Position numbers and translations under genes: made by a program
The notes under the pieces: model-generated
The model's input: only the letters and a program-made list of their open reading frames with translations
Databases searched by the model: none
What the model was told of the DNA's origin: nothing
Shown here: piece after piece, positions 19,715 through 31,792 of the stretch
Layout of the letters: each line of letters opens with the position of its first letter
Numbering within the stretch: the stretch's first letter is position 1
Assembly: GCA_963714975.1 (NCBI GenBank)
Contig: CAVQQD010000002.1
Span: 608,001 to 672,000 of the forward strand
Direction: 5' to 3'
DNA from: an uncultured Gammaproteobacteria bacterium
Lineage (GTDB): Bacteria > Pseudomonadota > Gammaproteobacteria > JAURND01
Length of the DNA: 64,000 nt

Positions 19715-21121
19715 ATGGATAAAAATGCACTAAAGCAATTTGTAGAACACATCTGGGATGAGTCAATCATCCCCGTCTTGTCTCGTTATGTCGAAATTCC
19801 CAGTAAATCTCCGTTTTTTGATGCTCATTGGGAACGAAATGGCTATTTGGAGGAAGTTGTTGCTTTGGTTTGTCAGTGGTGTCAGAGTTTGAAGATTACC
19901 GGAATCCAAGTGCAAGTGCATCGTTTGCCCGGTCGCACACCATTGCTGCTGTTGGAAGTTCCAGGGCAAAAAGAGGAAACCGTATTACTCTATGGTCATC
20001 TAGATAAGCAACCAGAAATGGTGGGTTGGGATGAGAATTTTGGACCCTGGCAGCCAGTAATTAAAAATAATAGATTATATGGTCGAGGTGCAGCGGATGA
20101 TGGTTATGCAGTATTTACTTGCCTAGCTGCTATTAAAGCCTTGCAGCAACAACAATTACCCCATGCACGTTGCCTCATATTGATAGAAACCTGTGAAGAA
20201 AGTGGTAGCTATGATTTGCCTTTTTACATGGAGCATTTAGCCGACACCATTGGGCAGCCTAGTTTGGTTATTGGCTTAGATTCGGGTGCTGGAAATTATG
20301 AGCAACTGTGGAATACCGTGTCCTTGCGCGGCATTATTGCCGGGGTATTGACTGTGGAAATTCTCACCGAGGGGGTACACTCTGGAATAGCCAGCGGTGT
20401 CGTTCCTTCTAGCTTGGGTATTTTGCGCGAGTTATTAAATCGCATCGAAGATGCAAAAACCGGGAACATTCTCGTAGATGAACTGCATGTGGATATTCCC
20501 AGCTACCGCCAGGAAGAGGCCAAGTTAGTGGCGGATGCTTTAAAAGATGATGTTTGGCGCCAATTTCCCTGGGTCGCCGGGGCTGGGCCTGACCAGGAGG
20601 TTGGCTATGAATTGGTTTTAAATCGTACTTGGCGTCCTACTTTATCTGTGATTGGGATGGCTGGCATCCCGCCGGTCGAAGATGCCGGAAATGTTTTGCT
20701 TCCAAAGATTAGTGTATTACTGTCCTTGCGTATTCCCCCTTTATGTGATCCTGAACGAGGAGCTAGGGCGCTTAAGCAACGCCTTGAAACCAACCCCCCT
20801 TATAATGCCAGGGTTACCTTTGAACCAGAAAAAGGCGTTTTTGGTTGGAATGCGCCTCCCATTCAAGATTGGCTAGCGACAGCCATTGATGCAGCTTCGC
20901 AACAGTATTTTGGCAAGCCGGCTGTGTTGTGGGGGGAAGGCGCAACGATCCCTTTTATTTACATGCTAGGAGAACAGTTTCCTCAGGCACAATTTTTAAT
21001 TACCGGGGTTTTGGGCCCTCATTCCAATGCCCACGGCCCGAACGAATTTTTAGATTTACCCACGGTGAAAAAGCTCACCTGTTGTGTGGCTGAAGTGCTA
21101 TATCAACATGCCCTGCAATAA
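19715..21121 (+). CDS. M20/M25/M40 family metallopeptidase
   Basis: LYGHLDKQP, LYGRGAADDG, EESGS, SNAHGPNE. Confidence 0.92.
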   Translation: MDKNALKQFVEHIWDESIIPVLSRYVEIPSKSPFFDAHWERNGYLEEVVALVCQWCQSLKITGIQVQVHRLPGRTPLLLLEVPGQKEETVLLYGHLDKQPEMVGWDENFGPWQPVIKNNRLYGRGAADDGYAVFTCLAAIKALQQQQLPHARCLILIETCEESGSYDLPFYMEHLADTIGQPSLVIGLDSGAGNYEQLWNTVSLRGIIAGVLTVEILTEGVHSGIASGVVPSSLGILRELLNRIEDAKTGNILVDELHVDIPSYRQEEAKLVADALKDDVWRQFPWVAGAGPDQEVGYELVLNRTWRPTLSVIGMAGIPPVEDAGNVLLPKISVLLSLRIPPLCDPERGARALKQRLETNPPYNARVTFEPEKGVFGWNAPPIQDWLATAIDAASQQYFGKPAVLWGEGATIPFIYMLGEQFPQAQFLITGVLGPHSNAHGPNEFLDLPTVKKLTCCVAEVLYQHALQ

Positions 21122-21177
21122 ATCCTGCCTGACTCTTTTTGTTGACCACCGCCACAAATAGTCCTACTATTTGTGGC

Positions 21178-22360
21178 ATGTATACACGAAAACTGCAAAT
21201 CAATCTTCCTGCTCGTAAATCGGCATTTTTATGGGGCGCCAGACAAACTGGAAAGTCTTCTTTTCTTACAGAGCCATTACCCAGACTCAATTTATTACGA
21301 TTTGTTAGATACCCATGAGATGCTTCGCTTGTCGAAAGCGCCTTATCTATTACGCGAAGAAATTCTAGCTTTGGATAAGCAACAATTAGAGTTTCCCATT
21401 ATTATTGATGAAGTGCAGAAAGTTCCTGAATTGCTGAATGAAGTCCATTGGTTAATCGAAAATACTCCGGCACCCAATTTATTTTGTGTGGCTCAAGTGC
21501 TCGGAAGCTAAAAACACGAGTCCAGTAATTTATTGGGTGGCCGTGCTTGGCAATATCATTTTTATCCCTTGGTTTTTCCTGAGATTCCTGATTTTGATTT
21601 ATTAACAGCTTTGCAACATGGCTTGATACCCAACTCATTATTTATCTGAAGAAAAATTTATCTGCCGATAATTTACAAGCCTATGTGGATATTTATCTGA
21701 CTGATGAGATTCGCAACGAAGGCGCGGTACGAAATTTAGCCAGCGTTTGCTCGATTTCTGGATGTTGCTGGACTGAGTAATGGTGAAATGATTAATGCTA
21801 CCAATATTGCTAGAGATTGTGGCGTTGATCGCAGCACGGTCCAAGGATTTTATCAAATTTTAATAGATACATTACTTCGGATATTTTATTTATCCTTTTC
21901 GCAAAAAAATCAAACGCGATATTAATTTTGGCTAGCTCCTAAATTTTATTTATTTGATGTGGGTGTTGCGAATTATTTAGCACGACAAAAAGTCATTGAT
22001 TTAAAGGGTATCATTGCAGGAAAAAATTTAGAGCATTATATTTTAATGGAATTAATTGCTTATAAAAATATCAATCGCAAACGCATTGAGATTTATTATT
22101 GGCGCACTAAAACAGGTTAGAAGTCGATTTTATTTTAGGTAATGCTGAAATAGCTATTGAAGTAAAAATTAGTGAATCAAGTCCACCAACAAGATTTAAA
22201 AGGCTTAATTGCTTTTTGCGAAGAACACCCCAAAACTAAAGCCATCGTGGTATCTCAAGATCACCGCGCCCGCCAGCTAAATGTGAACGAAAACTTGAGT
22301 ATCACCATTATGCCTTGGCGCAGTTTTTTGCAAGCACTTTGGCAGGGGGGGATTATTTAG
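21178..22360 (+). pseudogene. AAA+ ATPase (AAA_14/DUF4143-type) pseudogene with several frameshifts
   Basis: MYTRKL..LWGARQTGKS Walker A, IIDEVQK Walker B, GSSARKL, PKFYLFDVG and YWRT..EVDF scattered across different frames. Confidence 0.8.
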
Positions 22361-22459
22361 GGTTCTATGTAGAATCGAGTGGGTAGGTTTTCCTTCTCCC
22401 ACAAGCTATCCGATGCACACAAATTCGGTCAGCAATTCCCGCTGAAGCCTTGCTCCCCG
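22361..22459. repeat. Fused halves of two MITE families
   Basis: 22361-22405 matches the left half of the 4428 element; 22406-22459 matches the reverse complement of the right end of the 2948 MITE. Confidence 0.8.
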
Positions 22460-22460
22460 A

Positions 22461-24083
22461 TTACATATCCCCATAATTCGGCCCATCACCCCCCTCAGGA
22501 GGGACCCAGTTGATATTTTGCCTGGGATCTTTGATATCGCAGGTTTTACAATGAATACAATTGGCGGCATTAATCTGCAAATGCGGGTTGCTGTGGCGAT
22601 CGAGAATTTCGTAAACTCCGGCTGGGCAATAACGCGACTCCGGTGAATCGTAGTCTTTTAAATTAACCGTAATCGCCAATTCAGGATGTGCTAATTGCAA
22701 ATGGCAAGGTTGGTTTTCGGCATACGAGGTATTCGATAAATACACCGAAGCCAGTTTATCAAAGGTCAGAATTCCGTCATGTTGAGGGTAGACAATGGCC
22801 TGACATTCGGAGGCGTCTTTCAAACATTGATAATCGGGCTTGCCATGCGCTAAGGTCCAAGGGGTTTTGCCGCGTAGCACATAGGTGTCCAGGGCGGCGT
22901 ACCCTAGTCCAGCCCATAACCCCCAGCGAAAAGCAGGTCGGATATTACGCGCTGTTTTTAATTCCAGGCCAATCCAAGAATCTTTAATAACCTGGTCAAA
23001 AGCATTTAATTCCCCATTTAAATCCTCACGATTCATCAGAGTTTCTGCAGCCAATATTCCTGATTTCATACTGGTATGGATCCCTTTAATCCGGGGAACA
23101 TTTAAAAAGCCAGCGCAGTCACCAATTAACAGTCCACCGGGGAAGCTTAACTTGGGAATGGATTGCCAGCCGCCTTCATTCAAGGCTCGAGCACCGTAAC
23201 CCAGTCGCTTAGCACTTTTGAATGTTCCGGCAATGGCCGGGTGCGTCTTAAAGCGTTGCAATTCTTCATAGGGATCCAAATAAGGATTTTGGTAATCTAA
23301 ACCCACGACCAAACCTACAGCCACTTGCTGATTTTCCAGGTGATACACAAACGATCCACCATAAGTTTGGGAATCCAGTGGCCAACCGACCGTATGTAAC
23401 ACTAGCCCAGCATGATGTTGCGCTGCGGGAACTTCCCACAATTCTTTAATTCCAATGGCATAAGTTTGTGCTTGGGATTTTTGCGCCAAGCCAAAACGAG
23501 CTAGCAGCTGTTTGGTAAGCGAGCCGCGACAACCTTCGGCAAATAAGCTCTGTGTTGCATAAATGGGGATGCCGGCTTGATAATTTGCCGTGTGCTTGCC
23601 TTCCTGATCCACTCCTTGCTCTCCAGTGACCACCCCGCAGACCTGGCCGTTAGCATCGTAAAGAATATCCACAGCTGGAAAACCTGGAAAAATCTGCACG
23701 CCCAAGGATTCTGCTTGCGTTGCGAGCCATTGACAGAATTTGCCTAAGCTAATGATATAGTTACCCTGATTTCGCATCGGGGAAGGAGTTGGCAAAGAGA
23801 AGCTTCTCGTTTGGGTTAAGATCCGAAATTCGTCTTTTACCGCGGGAGTGAGCAAAGGAGCTCCTTGGTTTTTCCAGTCGGGAAGGAGCTCAGTTAAGGC
23901 GCGCGGATCGATAACCGCTCCTGAGAGAATATGTCCGCCGATCCGTGCTGATTTTTCTAGAACACAGATGCTTAATTCGCGTCTTTGCTCTTTGGCAAGT
24001 TGTGCCAGGCGAATGGCTGCCGCTAAACCCGCAGGCCCGGCACCGATAATCAAGACATCAAAATGGAGTGATTCCTGGTCCAT
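22461..24083 (-). CDS. Electron transfer flavoprotein-ubiquinone oxidoreductase
   Basis: GAGPAGL FAD motif, GGHILSGA, C-terminal NCIHCKTCDIKDP Fe-S motif. Confidence 0.97.
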   Translation of the reverse strand: MDQESLHFDVLIIGAGPAGLAAAIRLAQLAKEQRRELSICVLEKSARIGGHILSGAVIDPRALTELLPDWKNQGAPLLTPAVKDEFRILTQTRSFSLPTPSPMRNQGNYIISLGKFCQWLATQAESLGVQIFPGFPAVDILYDANGQVCGVVTGEQGVDQEGKHTANYQAGIPIYATQSLFAEGCRGSLTKQLLARFGLAQKSQAQTYAIGIKELWEVPAAQHHAGLVLHTVGWPLDSQTYGGSFVYHLENQQVAVGLVVGLDYQNPYLDPYEELQRFKTHPAIAGTFKSAKRLGYGARALNEGGWQSIPKLSFPGGLLIGDCAGFLNVPRIKGIHTSMKSGILAAETLMNREDLNGELNAFDQVIKDSWIGLELKTARNIRPAFRWGLWAGLGYAALDTYVLRGKTPWTLAHGKPDYQCLKDASECQAIVYPQHDGILTFDKLASVYLSNTSYAENQPCHLQLAHPELAITVNLKDYDSPESRYCPAGVYEILDRHSNPHLQINAANCIHCKTCDIKDPRQNINWVPPEGGDGPNYGDM

Positions 24084-24149
24084 AGCTATTTCCCTGTGCT
24101 ATACTGCAAAATTTCATGAAATGCCTATACTATAATTATTAACCGAACA

Positions 24150-24779
24150 ATGCCAAGATCAAATAGTAGTGCGCGCTGGTTGAACGAACATTTTAATGAT
24201 CCTTACGTGAAGCGGGCGCAGCAAGCCGGCTATCGTTCGCGAGCCGCTTTTAAGTTATTAGAAATTCAAGAAAAGGATAAACTATTGCAGCCGGGGATGC
24301 AGGTTGTTGACTTGGGAGCGGCGCCGGGTAGTTGGTCCGCTGTGGCGACAAAGTTGGTGGGTGTCAAAGGTCGTGTGTTTGCCTTGGATCTATTGCCCAT
24401 GGATTCCTTGGCCGGTGTTGAATTTATTCAAGCGGATTTTAACGAGGAACAAACGGTGCAAGAGTTGCTTCGTTACATTGACAATAGCCCCATTAACCTT
24501 GTAATGTCTGATATGGCACCCAATATAAGTGGGATTGCTGCAGTTGATCAGCCAAGATCGATGTATTTAGCAGAGCAGGCATTGATGTTTGCGACACAGG
24601 TGTTAAAACCTGGGGGAAGTTTCATAGTGAAAGTTTTTCAAGGCGTTGGGTTTGATTCATTTATGCAAGGAATGCGTGTTTGTTTCACTCAGGTGAAGGT
24701 ACGCAAACCCAAGGCTTCTCGGTCGCGCTCCAAGGAAGTTTACTTGGTGGGCGGCGGTTTCCGCAGTTTTACAGGTTGA
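24150..24779 (+). CDS. rlmE: 23S rRNA U2552 2'-O-methyltransferase
   Basis: [35 protein letters not shown]. Confidence 0.97.
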   Translation: MPRSNSSARWLNEHFNDPYVKRAQQAGYRSRAAFKLLEIQEKDKLLQPGMQVVDLGAAPGSWSAVATKLVGVKGRVFALDLLPMDSLAGVEFIQADFNEEQTVQELLRYIDNSPINLVMSDMAPNISGIAAVDQPRSMYLAEQALMFATQVLKPGGSFIVKVFQGVGFDSFMQGMRVCFTQVKVRKPKASRSRSKEVYLVGGGFRSFTG

Positions 24780-24781
24780 TT

Positions 24782-26628
24782 ATGGCAAAAAATTTATTAT
24801 TGTGGTTGGTGATCGGTATTATTTTGATCACAATATTTAGCAATTTTGGTCCGCGCAAGGAAGCCGGAGAAAAAATGAGCTATTCGCAATTTTTGCAGGC
24901 TGTAGATCAAGGCCAAGTGAGTAATGTCACGATTGAAAATCAATCTATTCGCGGGGTCACTCGCAACAACACCTCATTTACCAGCTATATGCCCATTACC
25001 GATCAATACCTATTGGGCGATCTGATCAAAAAAGGTGTCAATGTCACAGGTAAGCCGCCGGAACAAGAAAGTTTGCTGATGCATATTTTTATCAATTGGT
25101 TCCCGATGCTGCTACTGATCGGTATTTGGATTTTCTTTATGCGGCAAATGCAGGGCGGCAGCAGCGGCAGAGGGGGGCCGATGTCGTTTGGGCGTAGTCG
25201 CGCGCGTATGCTCAATGCGGATGAAGTCAAAATTACCTTTGCGGATGTGGCGGGGATCCAAGAAGCGAAAGAAGAAGTACAAGAGTTGGTGGAATTTTTA
25301 AAAGATCCTTCTAAGTTTCAAAAACTGGGAGGAAAAATCCCCTGTGGGGTGCTCTTAGTGGGAGCGCCTGGAACGGGTAAAACTTTATTGGCGAAGGCGG
25401 TTGCTGGGGAAGCGAGGGTGCCGTTTTTTAGTATTTCTGGATCAGACTTCGTGGAAATGTTTGTCGGAGTGGGCGCTTCACGGGTGCGTGATATGTTTGA
25501 CCAAGCTAAAAAACATGCTCCCTGTATCATATTTATTGATGAAATTGATGCCGTGGGTCGTCATCGTGGTGCAGGTTTGGGGGGTGGGCATGATGAACGC
25601 GAACAAACCCTGAATCAATTTTGGTGGAAATGGATGGCTTCGAAGGAAAAGAGGGTGTGATTGTGATGGCCGCCACGAATCGCCCTGACGTTTTGGATCC
25701 TGCGTTGCTTAGGCCGGGACGATTTGATCGACAGGTAGTAGTTCCGCTGCCTGATGTACGAGGTCGTGAGCAAATTTTATCCGTGCATATGAAGAAAGTA
25801 CCTCTGGATAAAAGCGTTAAAGTGTCTAACTTAGCCCGTGGTACTCCCGGATTTTCTGGGGCCGATTTAGCCAATTTAGTCAATGAAGCCGCCCTGTTTG
25901 CCGCCCGCGCAAATCGCCGTTTTGTAGGTATGGAAGAGTTTGAAAAAGCCAAAGATAAGTTAATGATGGGTGCTGAGCGGCGCTCGATGGTGATGAGCGA
26001 TCAACAGCGAAAACTCACGGCCTATCATGAGGCTGGACATGCGATTGTTGGTTTGCAAGTGCCGGATCATGATCCGGTGTATAAAGTGAGTATCATCCCC
26101 CGCGGTCGTGCTTTAGGGGTCACGATGTTCTTGCCGGAAGAAGATCGTTATAGCGTCACTCTTCAGCATTTAAATAGTCAAATATCTGGGTTATTTGGCG
26201 GTAGGGTGGCAGAATTACTTATTTTTGGGCCAGACTTTGTTACGACGGGTGCTTCGAATGATATTGAACGCGCTACGGAAATTGCTCGTAATATGGTCAC
26301 CAAGTGGGGTCTTTCTGAAAGATTGGGGCCATTAACTTATGGTGAGGATGAAGGTGAAGTATTTCTGGGTCGAACGATGACTCGACGCAAAGAAGTATCC
26401 GATTCGACGGTGAATGCGATTGATCAAGAGGTACGGATCATTATTGACGGCAATTTTGAACGTGCCAAACATATTCTTTCTGAGAAGATGGAAGAATTAC
26501 ATTTGATGGCGGAAGCTTTATTGAAATATGAAACCATTGATGAAGAACAAATCCGCGATATCATGGAAGGTCGCCCAGCTCGCCCCCCAAGAGACTGGAC
26601 CGATGAAGCAGCGTCGGGAACTGAATAG
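24782..26628 (+). CDS. ftsH: ATP-dependent zinc metalloprotease FtsH (apparent -1 indel near 25620, probably an assembly error)
   Basis: MAKNLLLW.., [24 protein letters not shown]|LVEMDGF, HEAGH. Confidence 0.95.
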
Positions 26629-27448
26629 CTACACTTTATTCCCTCAAGTGATGGGCATTTTAAACATCACTCCCAATTCATTCTCTTCCGTAGGCCGTTT
26701 TCTATTGCTCGATGAGGCCTTGCAGTATGCACGGCAGATGGTCGAAGAAGGAGCAGCTATTATTGATGTGGGTGGAGAGCCTACCAATCCTGGCGTTTTT
26801 CCAATGATTTCCCTTCAGGAAGAACTTGACCGCGTTATTCCCGTAGTCGAAGCCTTAGCACGCGAATTGCCAGTGCCTATTTCAGTAGATACCAGTAAGC
26901 CTGAAGTAATGCGTGAGGCGATTGCCAAAGGCGTTGGTTTCATTAACGATGTGCGAGGATTGATTGATCCGAAAGCAATGCAAGTAGTGGCTGAAACCCA
27001 AGTCACTGTCTGCTTAATGCATATGTTATATCCTCATGGAAAACCCGAAATTGCAGAAGAAAATCCTTATGGCGAGGATGTGGTGCTCACCGTCAAAGAA
27101 TTTCTGCAGGAGCGGGTTGCTGCTTGTATCCAGATGGGTATTTCACCACAGCAGATTGTGATTGATCCGGGGATTGGTCATGGAAATTTTGGCAAAAATC
27201 TGCACCAGAATTTAACTTTACTAGGCCGCTTATCTGAATTTAAAGCGCTTAACTTGCCAATTTTAGTAGGCGTTTCGCGCAAGACTTTTATTGGTGAGCT
27301 TCTCAATTTATCCGTCGAAGAACGCCTGTTTGGTAGCCTAAGTGCGGCTGCCCTCGCTGTTTATAACGGCGCCTCCATCATCCGCGCGCACGATGTGAAA
27401 GCTACCGTAGAAGCCATTCGGGTTGCTGTCGCTATTTTCGAGCATTGA
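26603..27448 (+). CDS. folP: Dihydropteroate synthase
   Basis: [44 protein letters not shown]; start uncertain. Confidence 0.95.
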   Translation: MKQRRELNSYTLFPQVMGILNITPNSFSSVGRFLLLDEALQYARQMVEEGAAIIDVGGEPTNPGVFPMISLQEELDRVIPVVEALARELPVPISVDTSKPEVMREAIAKGVGFINDVRGLIDPKAMQVVAETQVTVCLMHMLYPHGKPEIAEENPYGEDVVLTVKEFLQERVAACIQMGISPQQIVIDPGIGHGNFGKNLHQNLTLLGRLSEFKALNLPILVGVSRKTFIGELLNLSVEERLFGSLSAAALAVYNGASIIRAHDVKATVEAIRVAVAIFEH

Positions 27449-27498
27449 TTCCATCTCAGTGATCCTTTATAGTGGCGGGCTTTCCTTGGCGAGGGCAT

Positions 27499-28830
27499 AT
27501 GGAACAAACAACGAAATATTTTGGTACAGATGGGATTCGTGGGCGGGTTGGCGCTTCATTAGTGAATCCTGAATTTGTGTTAAAACTGGGCTGGGCAGCA
27601 GGAACGGTATTGGGTCCTGGCAAGGTGTTAATTGGTAAAGATACCCGCATTTCTGGCTATATGTTAGAGTCTGCGCTAGAAGCAGGTTTGTCTGCAGCAG
27701 GGGTTGATATTCATTTGCTAGGCCCGATGCCGACACCTGCTATTGCCTATTTGACTCGTACCTTCCGTGCCGAAGCGGGGATTATCATCAGCGCTTCGCA
27801 TAATCCTTATTATGATAATGGCATCAAGTTTTTTTCTATGCTTGGGGTCAAAATACCTACTTCGGTTGAAGAGGCTATTGAACGCCAACTCCAGCAACCA
27901 ATGGTCACGGTGGATTCCGCCAAATTAGGGAAGGCGATTCGCATAGAAGATGCTGCAGGCCGTTATATCGAGTTCTGTAAAAGCACAGTTCCCCATGGTA
28001 TGAGTTTAGCTGGAATAAAAATGGTGGTTGATTGTGCTCATGGTGCTACCTACCACATTGCTCCCCATGTATTTCGTGAATTAGGCGCTAAGGTTATTAT
28101 TCTAGGAGGGGACCCCAACGGACTGAATATCAATGAAGCTTCCGGTTCCACCTATCCAGCTGCCTTGCAACAGCAGGTATTGCGAGAAGAGGCTGATTTA
28201 GGCATTGCTTTTGACGGGGATGGTGATCGAACCATCATGGTAGATCGTCAGGGAAATATCGTCGATGGTGATGACATTTTATATATCATCGCTCGTGACG
28301 ATTTGCGGAAAGGCCGTCTTGCCGGTGGTATTGTGGGCACCATCATGAGTAATTATGGCTTTGAACAAGCAATTAAAGCCTTGGGCATCGACTTTATTCG
28401 CGCTCCTGTGGGTGATCGTTTCGTGATGGAACAATTGAAAAGATCAGGTTGGTTGCTAGGTGGCGAGCCTTCAGGCCATATTGTCAATTTGGGTCTGACA
28501 ACGACCGGAGATGGCATTATCTCCGCCTTACAAGTATTGCGAGTCATGTCAGAATCAGGCGAGGCATTACACGAATTAACCGCAGAGGTGCAGAAATTAC
28601 CCCAGGTTTTGTTAAATGTGGGCATGGATCAACCGGTTGCGTTAGAAAGTCATCATGAGATTAAAGTAGCTGTGTCTCGGATTGAGCAACAACTGGCAAA
28701 TTCGGGTCGCGTGTTACTGCGTGCTTCAGGCACCGAGCCGGTTATTCGGATTATGGTAGAGGGGCAAAACTGGGAGTTAGTACATCAATATGCCAATGAA
28801 TTGGCAGAAGTCGTCAAACGACATAATTAA
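27499..28830 (+). CDS. glmM: Phosphoglucosamine mutase
   Basis: [29 protein letters not shown]. Confidence 0.98.
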   Translation: MEQTTKYFGTDGIRGRVGASLVNPEFVLKLGWAAGTVLGPGKVLIGKDTRISGYMLESALEAGLSAAGVDIHLLGPMPTPAIAYLTRTFRAEAGIIISASHNPYYDNGIKFFSMLGVKIPTSVEEAIERQLQQPMVTVDSAKLGKAIRIEDAAGRYIEFCKSTVPHGMSLAGIKMVVDCAHGATYHIAPHVFRELGAKVIILGGDPNGLNINEASGSTYPAALQQQVLREEADLGIAFDGDGDRTIMVDRQGNIVDGDDILYIIARDDLRKGRLAGGIVGTIMSNYGFEQAIKALGIDFIRAPVGDRFVMEQLKRSGWLLGGEPSGHIVNLGLTTTGDGIISALQVLRVMSESGEALHELTAEVQKLPQVLLNVGMDQPVALESHHEIKVAVSRIEQQLANSGRVLLRASGTEPVIRIMVEGQNWELVHQYANELAEVVKRHN

Positions 28831-28878
28831 AAATTCCCTCTCCCACAAGGGGAGGAGGAATAGGGTTGGGTTTTTATT

Positions 28879-29637
28879 ATGAAGTCATTAATTGCCGGAA
28901 ATTGGAAAATGCATGGCACTTTAGCGAGTGTCCAAGCATTACTCGAAGCTATCAAGCAGGGGTTGAGTCAAGGTCTACAAGCTGAATTAGCTGTTTTCCC
29001 CCCCTTTGTTTTTTTACCCCAAACGCAAGCTTTGCTGCAAGGAACTGCTGTAGCCTGGGGGGCGCAAAATGTGGCCACCGCCATGAGTGGCGCTTTTACC
29101 GGTGAAGTGTCTGCGGCAATGTTGCAAGAGTTTGGCTGCCAATATGTATTAGTCGGTCATTCTGAACGACGCACTTTATTTGCCGAAACCAATGCCATGG
29201 TCGCGAGCAAATTTCAAATTGCTGTTCAGGCAGGGTTAGCGCCTATTTTATGTGTAGGGGAAACCAAGGAGCAGCGCGAGCAGGGGCAGACTTGGGAGGT
29301 TATCCGCACGCAACTGGAGGCGTTATTATCTCAAGACGAGGGTATTGCCTTGCTGGCCAAGGGGCTCATTGCCTATGAGCCGATTTGGGCAATTGGCACA
29401 GGATTGACTGCTGAACCACAGGTGGCCCAAGAAGTTCATAGTAAAATTCGGGAATGGATTGCCCAAAGTAATAAAACTGTTGCTCAACAGTTACGAATCT
29501 TGTATGGTGGCAGCGTCAAACGTGATAATGCTGCCGCGCTGTTTTCAATGCCCGATATTGATGGTGGCTTAATTGGCGGGGCTTCACTTAATGCAACCGA
29601 ATTTTTAGATATAGCGAAGTTATGCAGCAACTCTTAA
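28879..29637 (+). CDS. tpiA: Triosephosphate isomerase
   Basis: AGNWKM, GHSERR, AYEPIWAIGTG, YGGSV, GGASL. Confidence 0.98.
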   Translation: MKSLIAGNWKMHGTLASVQALLEAIKQGLSQGLQAELAVFPPFVFLPQTQALLQGTAVAWGAQNVATAMSGAFTGEVSAAMLQEFGCQYVLVGHSERRTLFAETNAMVASKFQIAVQAGLAPILCVGETKEQREQGQTWEVIRTQLEALLSQDEGIALLAKGLIAYEPIWAIGTGLTAEPQVAQEVHSKIREWIAQSNKTVAQQLRILYGGSVKRDNAAALFSMPDIDGGLIGGASLNATEFLDIAKLCSNS

Positions 29638-29927
29638 CCATTTTACATATTTTAGTAGCCATTTGTGTCATTGCGTTGGTGCTCATTCAGCATGGCAAAG
29701 GAGCTGATATTGGCGCCAATTTTGGCAGTGGCGCATCACAAACAGTTTTTGGTAGCCAAGGTTCTACGCCATTTTTGGTAAAACTAACTGGAATCTTGGC
29801 CTTAGTTTTTTTTATCACGAGTGCAGTTTTAAGCTTTGTCGTTGGAAAACAAGCACATCAAGGAGTCGGGATTCCCATTCCTGCAGGGGTAACTCAACCT
29901 GCTCAAGGAATTCCCACCGATCATTGA
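29622..29927 (+). CDS. secG: Preprotein translocase subunit SecG
   Basis: VLIQHGKGADIGANFGSGASQTVFGS. Confidence 0.96.
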   Translation: MQQLLTILHILVAICVIALVLIQHGKGADIGANFGSGASQTVFGSQGSTPFLVKLTGILALVFFITSAVLSFVVGKQAHQGVGIPIPAGVTQPAQGIPTDH

Positions 29928-29963
29928 TCGTCGTCCCGGGAGGCTGGGAGACGGTAGAGTATA

Positions 29964-30048
29964 GCCGGAGTGGTGGAACTGGTAGACACGCTGTCTTGAG
30001 GGGGCAGTGGCGAAAGCCGTGTCGGTTCGAGTCCGACCTTCGGCACCA
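29964..30048 (+). tRNA. tRNA-Leu (GAG)
   Basis: GCCGGAG stem, CTGTC-TTGAGGG-GGCAG arm, long variable arm, GTTCGAGTC, CCA; conserved secG-tRNA-Leu-nuoA order. Confidence 0.97.
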
Positions 30049-30061
30049 ATAGGTGAACGTA

Positions 30062-30419
30062 ATGCTACAAAATTATTTACCCGTATTAATCTTCATCGGG
30101 ATTGGAATTTTATTTGGAGTGTTGCCTTTGGCTGCGGGGTTTATTTTAGGTCCACGTCGGCCTGATGCCGCAAAAAATTCTCCTTATGAGTGCGGATTTG
30201 GTCCAGTAGGATGATGCTCGTTTGCCCTTTGATGTGCGATTTTATTTAGTCGCCATTTTATTTATTATTTTTGATTTAGAAACTGCGTTTTTATTTCCAT
30301 GGGCGGTTAGTTTAAGAACGATTGGCGCATTCGGTTTTTATGCCATGTTATTTTTCTTAGCTATTTTAGCAGTGGGCTTTATTTATGAGTGGAAGAAAGG
30401 GGCTTTAGAATGGGAATGA
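30062..30419 (+). CDS. nuoA: NADH-quinone oxidoreductase subunit A (apparent +1 indel near 30210)
   Basis: [20 protein letters not shown] then [33 protein letters not shown]. Confidence 0.93.
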
Positions 30420-30915
30420 CCCAATCTGAACTCATCGATAGCAATCATCCGGGTTTCTTTACTACCTCATTAGATAAACTAGTCAAATGGGCGCGTTCTG
30501 GTTCCTTATGGCCCATGACTTTGGTTTGGCTTGTTGTGCTGTAGAAATGATGCACGCCGCAGCTGCTCGTTACGATCTTGATCGCTTCGGCTTAATTTAT
30601 CGCCCCAGCCCACGCCAATCCGATGTCATGATTGTGGCAGGAACTTTATGCAACAAAATGGCGCCGGCATTACGTAAAGTCTATGATCAGATGGCAGAGC
30701 CGCGTTGGGTGATTTCTATGGGTTCCTGTGCTAATGGCGGTGGTTATTACCATTATGCTTATTCGGTAGTACGAGGCTGCGACCGCATTGTGCCCGTCGA
30801 TATTTATGTGCCTGGATGTCCTCCTACTGCGGAAGCCTTAGTGTATGGCATTATTCAATTGCAAAATAAAATTCGTCGTCCTCGGGTGATCCGAAGGGTG
30901 GAGACTCCTGAGTAG
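30410..30915 (+). CDS. nuoB: NADH-quinone oxidoreductase subunit B (apparent -1 indel in T run near 30521)
   Basis: [11 protein letters not shown]|[27 protein letters not shown]. Confidence 0.93.
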
Positions 30916-30971
30916 ATTTTTTAGCATGATTTAGATTGTTAGTAACTGTTCACCACATTGCCAAAGTTGGC

Positions 30972-31097
30972 AAAAACAGGCAGTTATGAGCCTAGATTGA
31001 AGTAACGAAATTGATGAAAAAGCGGAGTGTACATGTTAGTACATGAGCATTTTTCAGATATTTCGTTAGGAAAGATAGGCCATAGATGCCTGTTTTT
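30972..31097. repeat. 126-bp palindromic repeat (RPE-like), copy 2, between nuoB and nuoC
   Basis: Reverse-complement near-copy of 19557-19682. Confidence 0.88.
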
Positions 31098-31111
31098 ATG
31101 GAGATTAATTA

Positions 31112-31792
31112 TTGCCTACATTACTTACACAACTTAGAGAGCATTTCGCACACAAGCTGCGCGATTATAATCTCGCACACGATGAAGTGACGGTGGAAAT
31201 TAATGCGGCTGATTGGCATGACATTGCGTTGGCCTTACGCGATCGCGAAGAGTTTCAGTTTACGCTGTTGATCGATGTCTGTGGCGTGGATTACCTCTAC
31301 TATGGGTTTTCACAATGGCAGACGGAAGACACCACCTTGACGGGTTTTAGTCGAGCGGTAGAGGCTCGTGCTGAACATCCTGCTGTCTGGTCTAAGCCAC
31401 GTTTTGCTGTGGTATATCATTTACTTTCGATAGCTCACAATCGACGCCTGCGGGTGCGGGTTTTCCCCACCGAGGACCCACCCAGGGTTGATTCAGTGGT
31501 GGATTTATGGCCTGCAGCTAATTGGTTCGAACGTGAAGCATTTGATTTGTTCGGGATTATATTCCAAGGACATCCTGATTTGCGTCGAATTCTGACGGAT
31601 TATGGTTTTATTGGTCATCCCTTTCGCAAAGATTTTCCATTAATTGGGGAAGTAGAAATGCGCTATGACGCCGATTTACAGCGTTGCGTCTATGAACCGG
31701 TCAGCATTCAGCCGCGCACCTTAGTTCCAAAAGTCATCAGACATGACAATCGCTATGTGGGAAGGGGGGGGGTGAATGACGGAAATCCGTAA
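31112..31792 (+). CDS. nuoC: NADH-quinone oxidoreductase subunit C
   Basis: [38 protein letters not shown]. Confidence 0.96.
   Translation: MPTLLTQLREHFAHKLRDYNLAHDEVTVEINAADWHDIALALRDREEFQFTLLIDVCGVDYLYYGFSQWQTEDTTLTGFSRAVEARAEHPAVWSKPRFAVVYHLLSIAHNRRLRVRVFPTEDPPRVDSVVDLWPAANWFEREAFDLFGIIFQGHPDLRRILTDYGFIGHPFRKDFPLIGEVEMRYDADLQRCVYEPVSIQPRTLVPKVIRHDNRYVGRGGVNDGNP

Noticed and set aside
25610-25630. Programmed frameshift or split ftsH
   Set aside because: No slippery heptamer, and similar one-base indels in nuoA and nuoB point to assembly error
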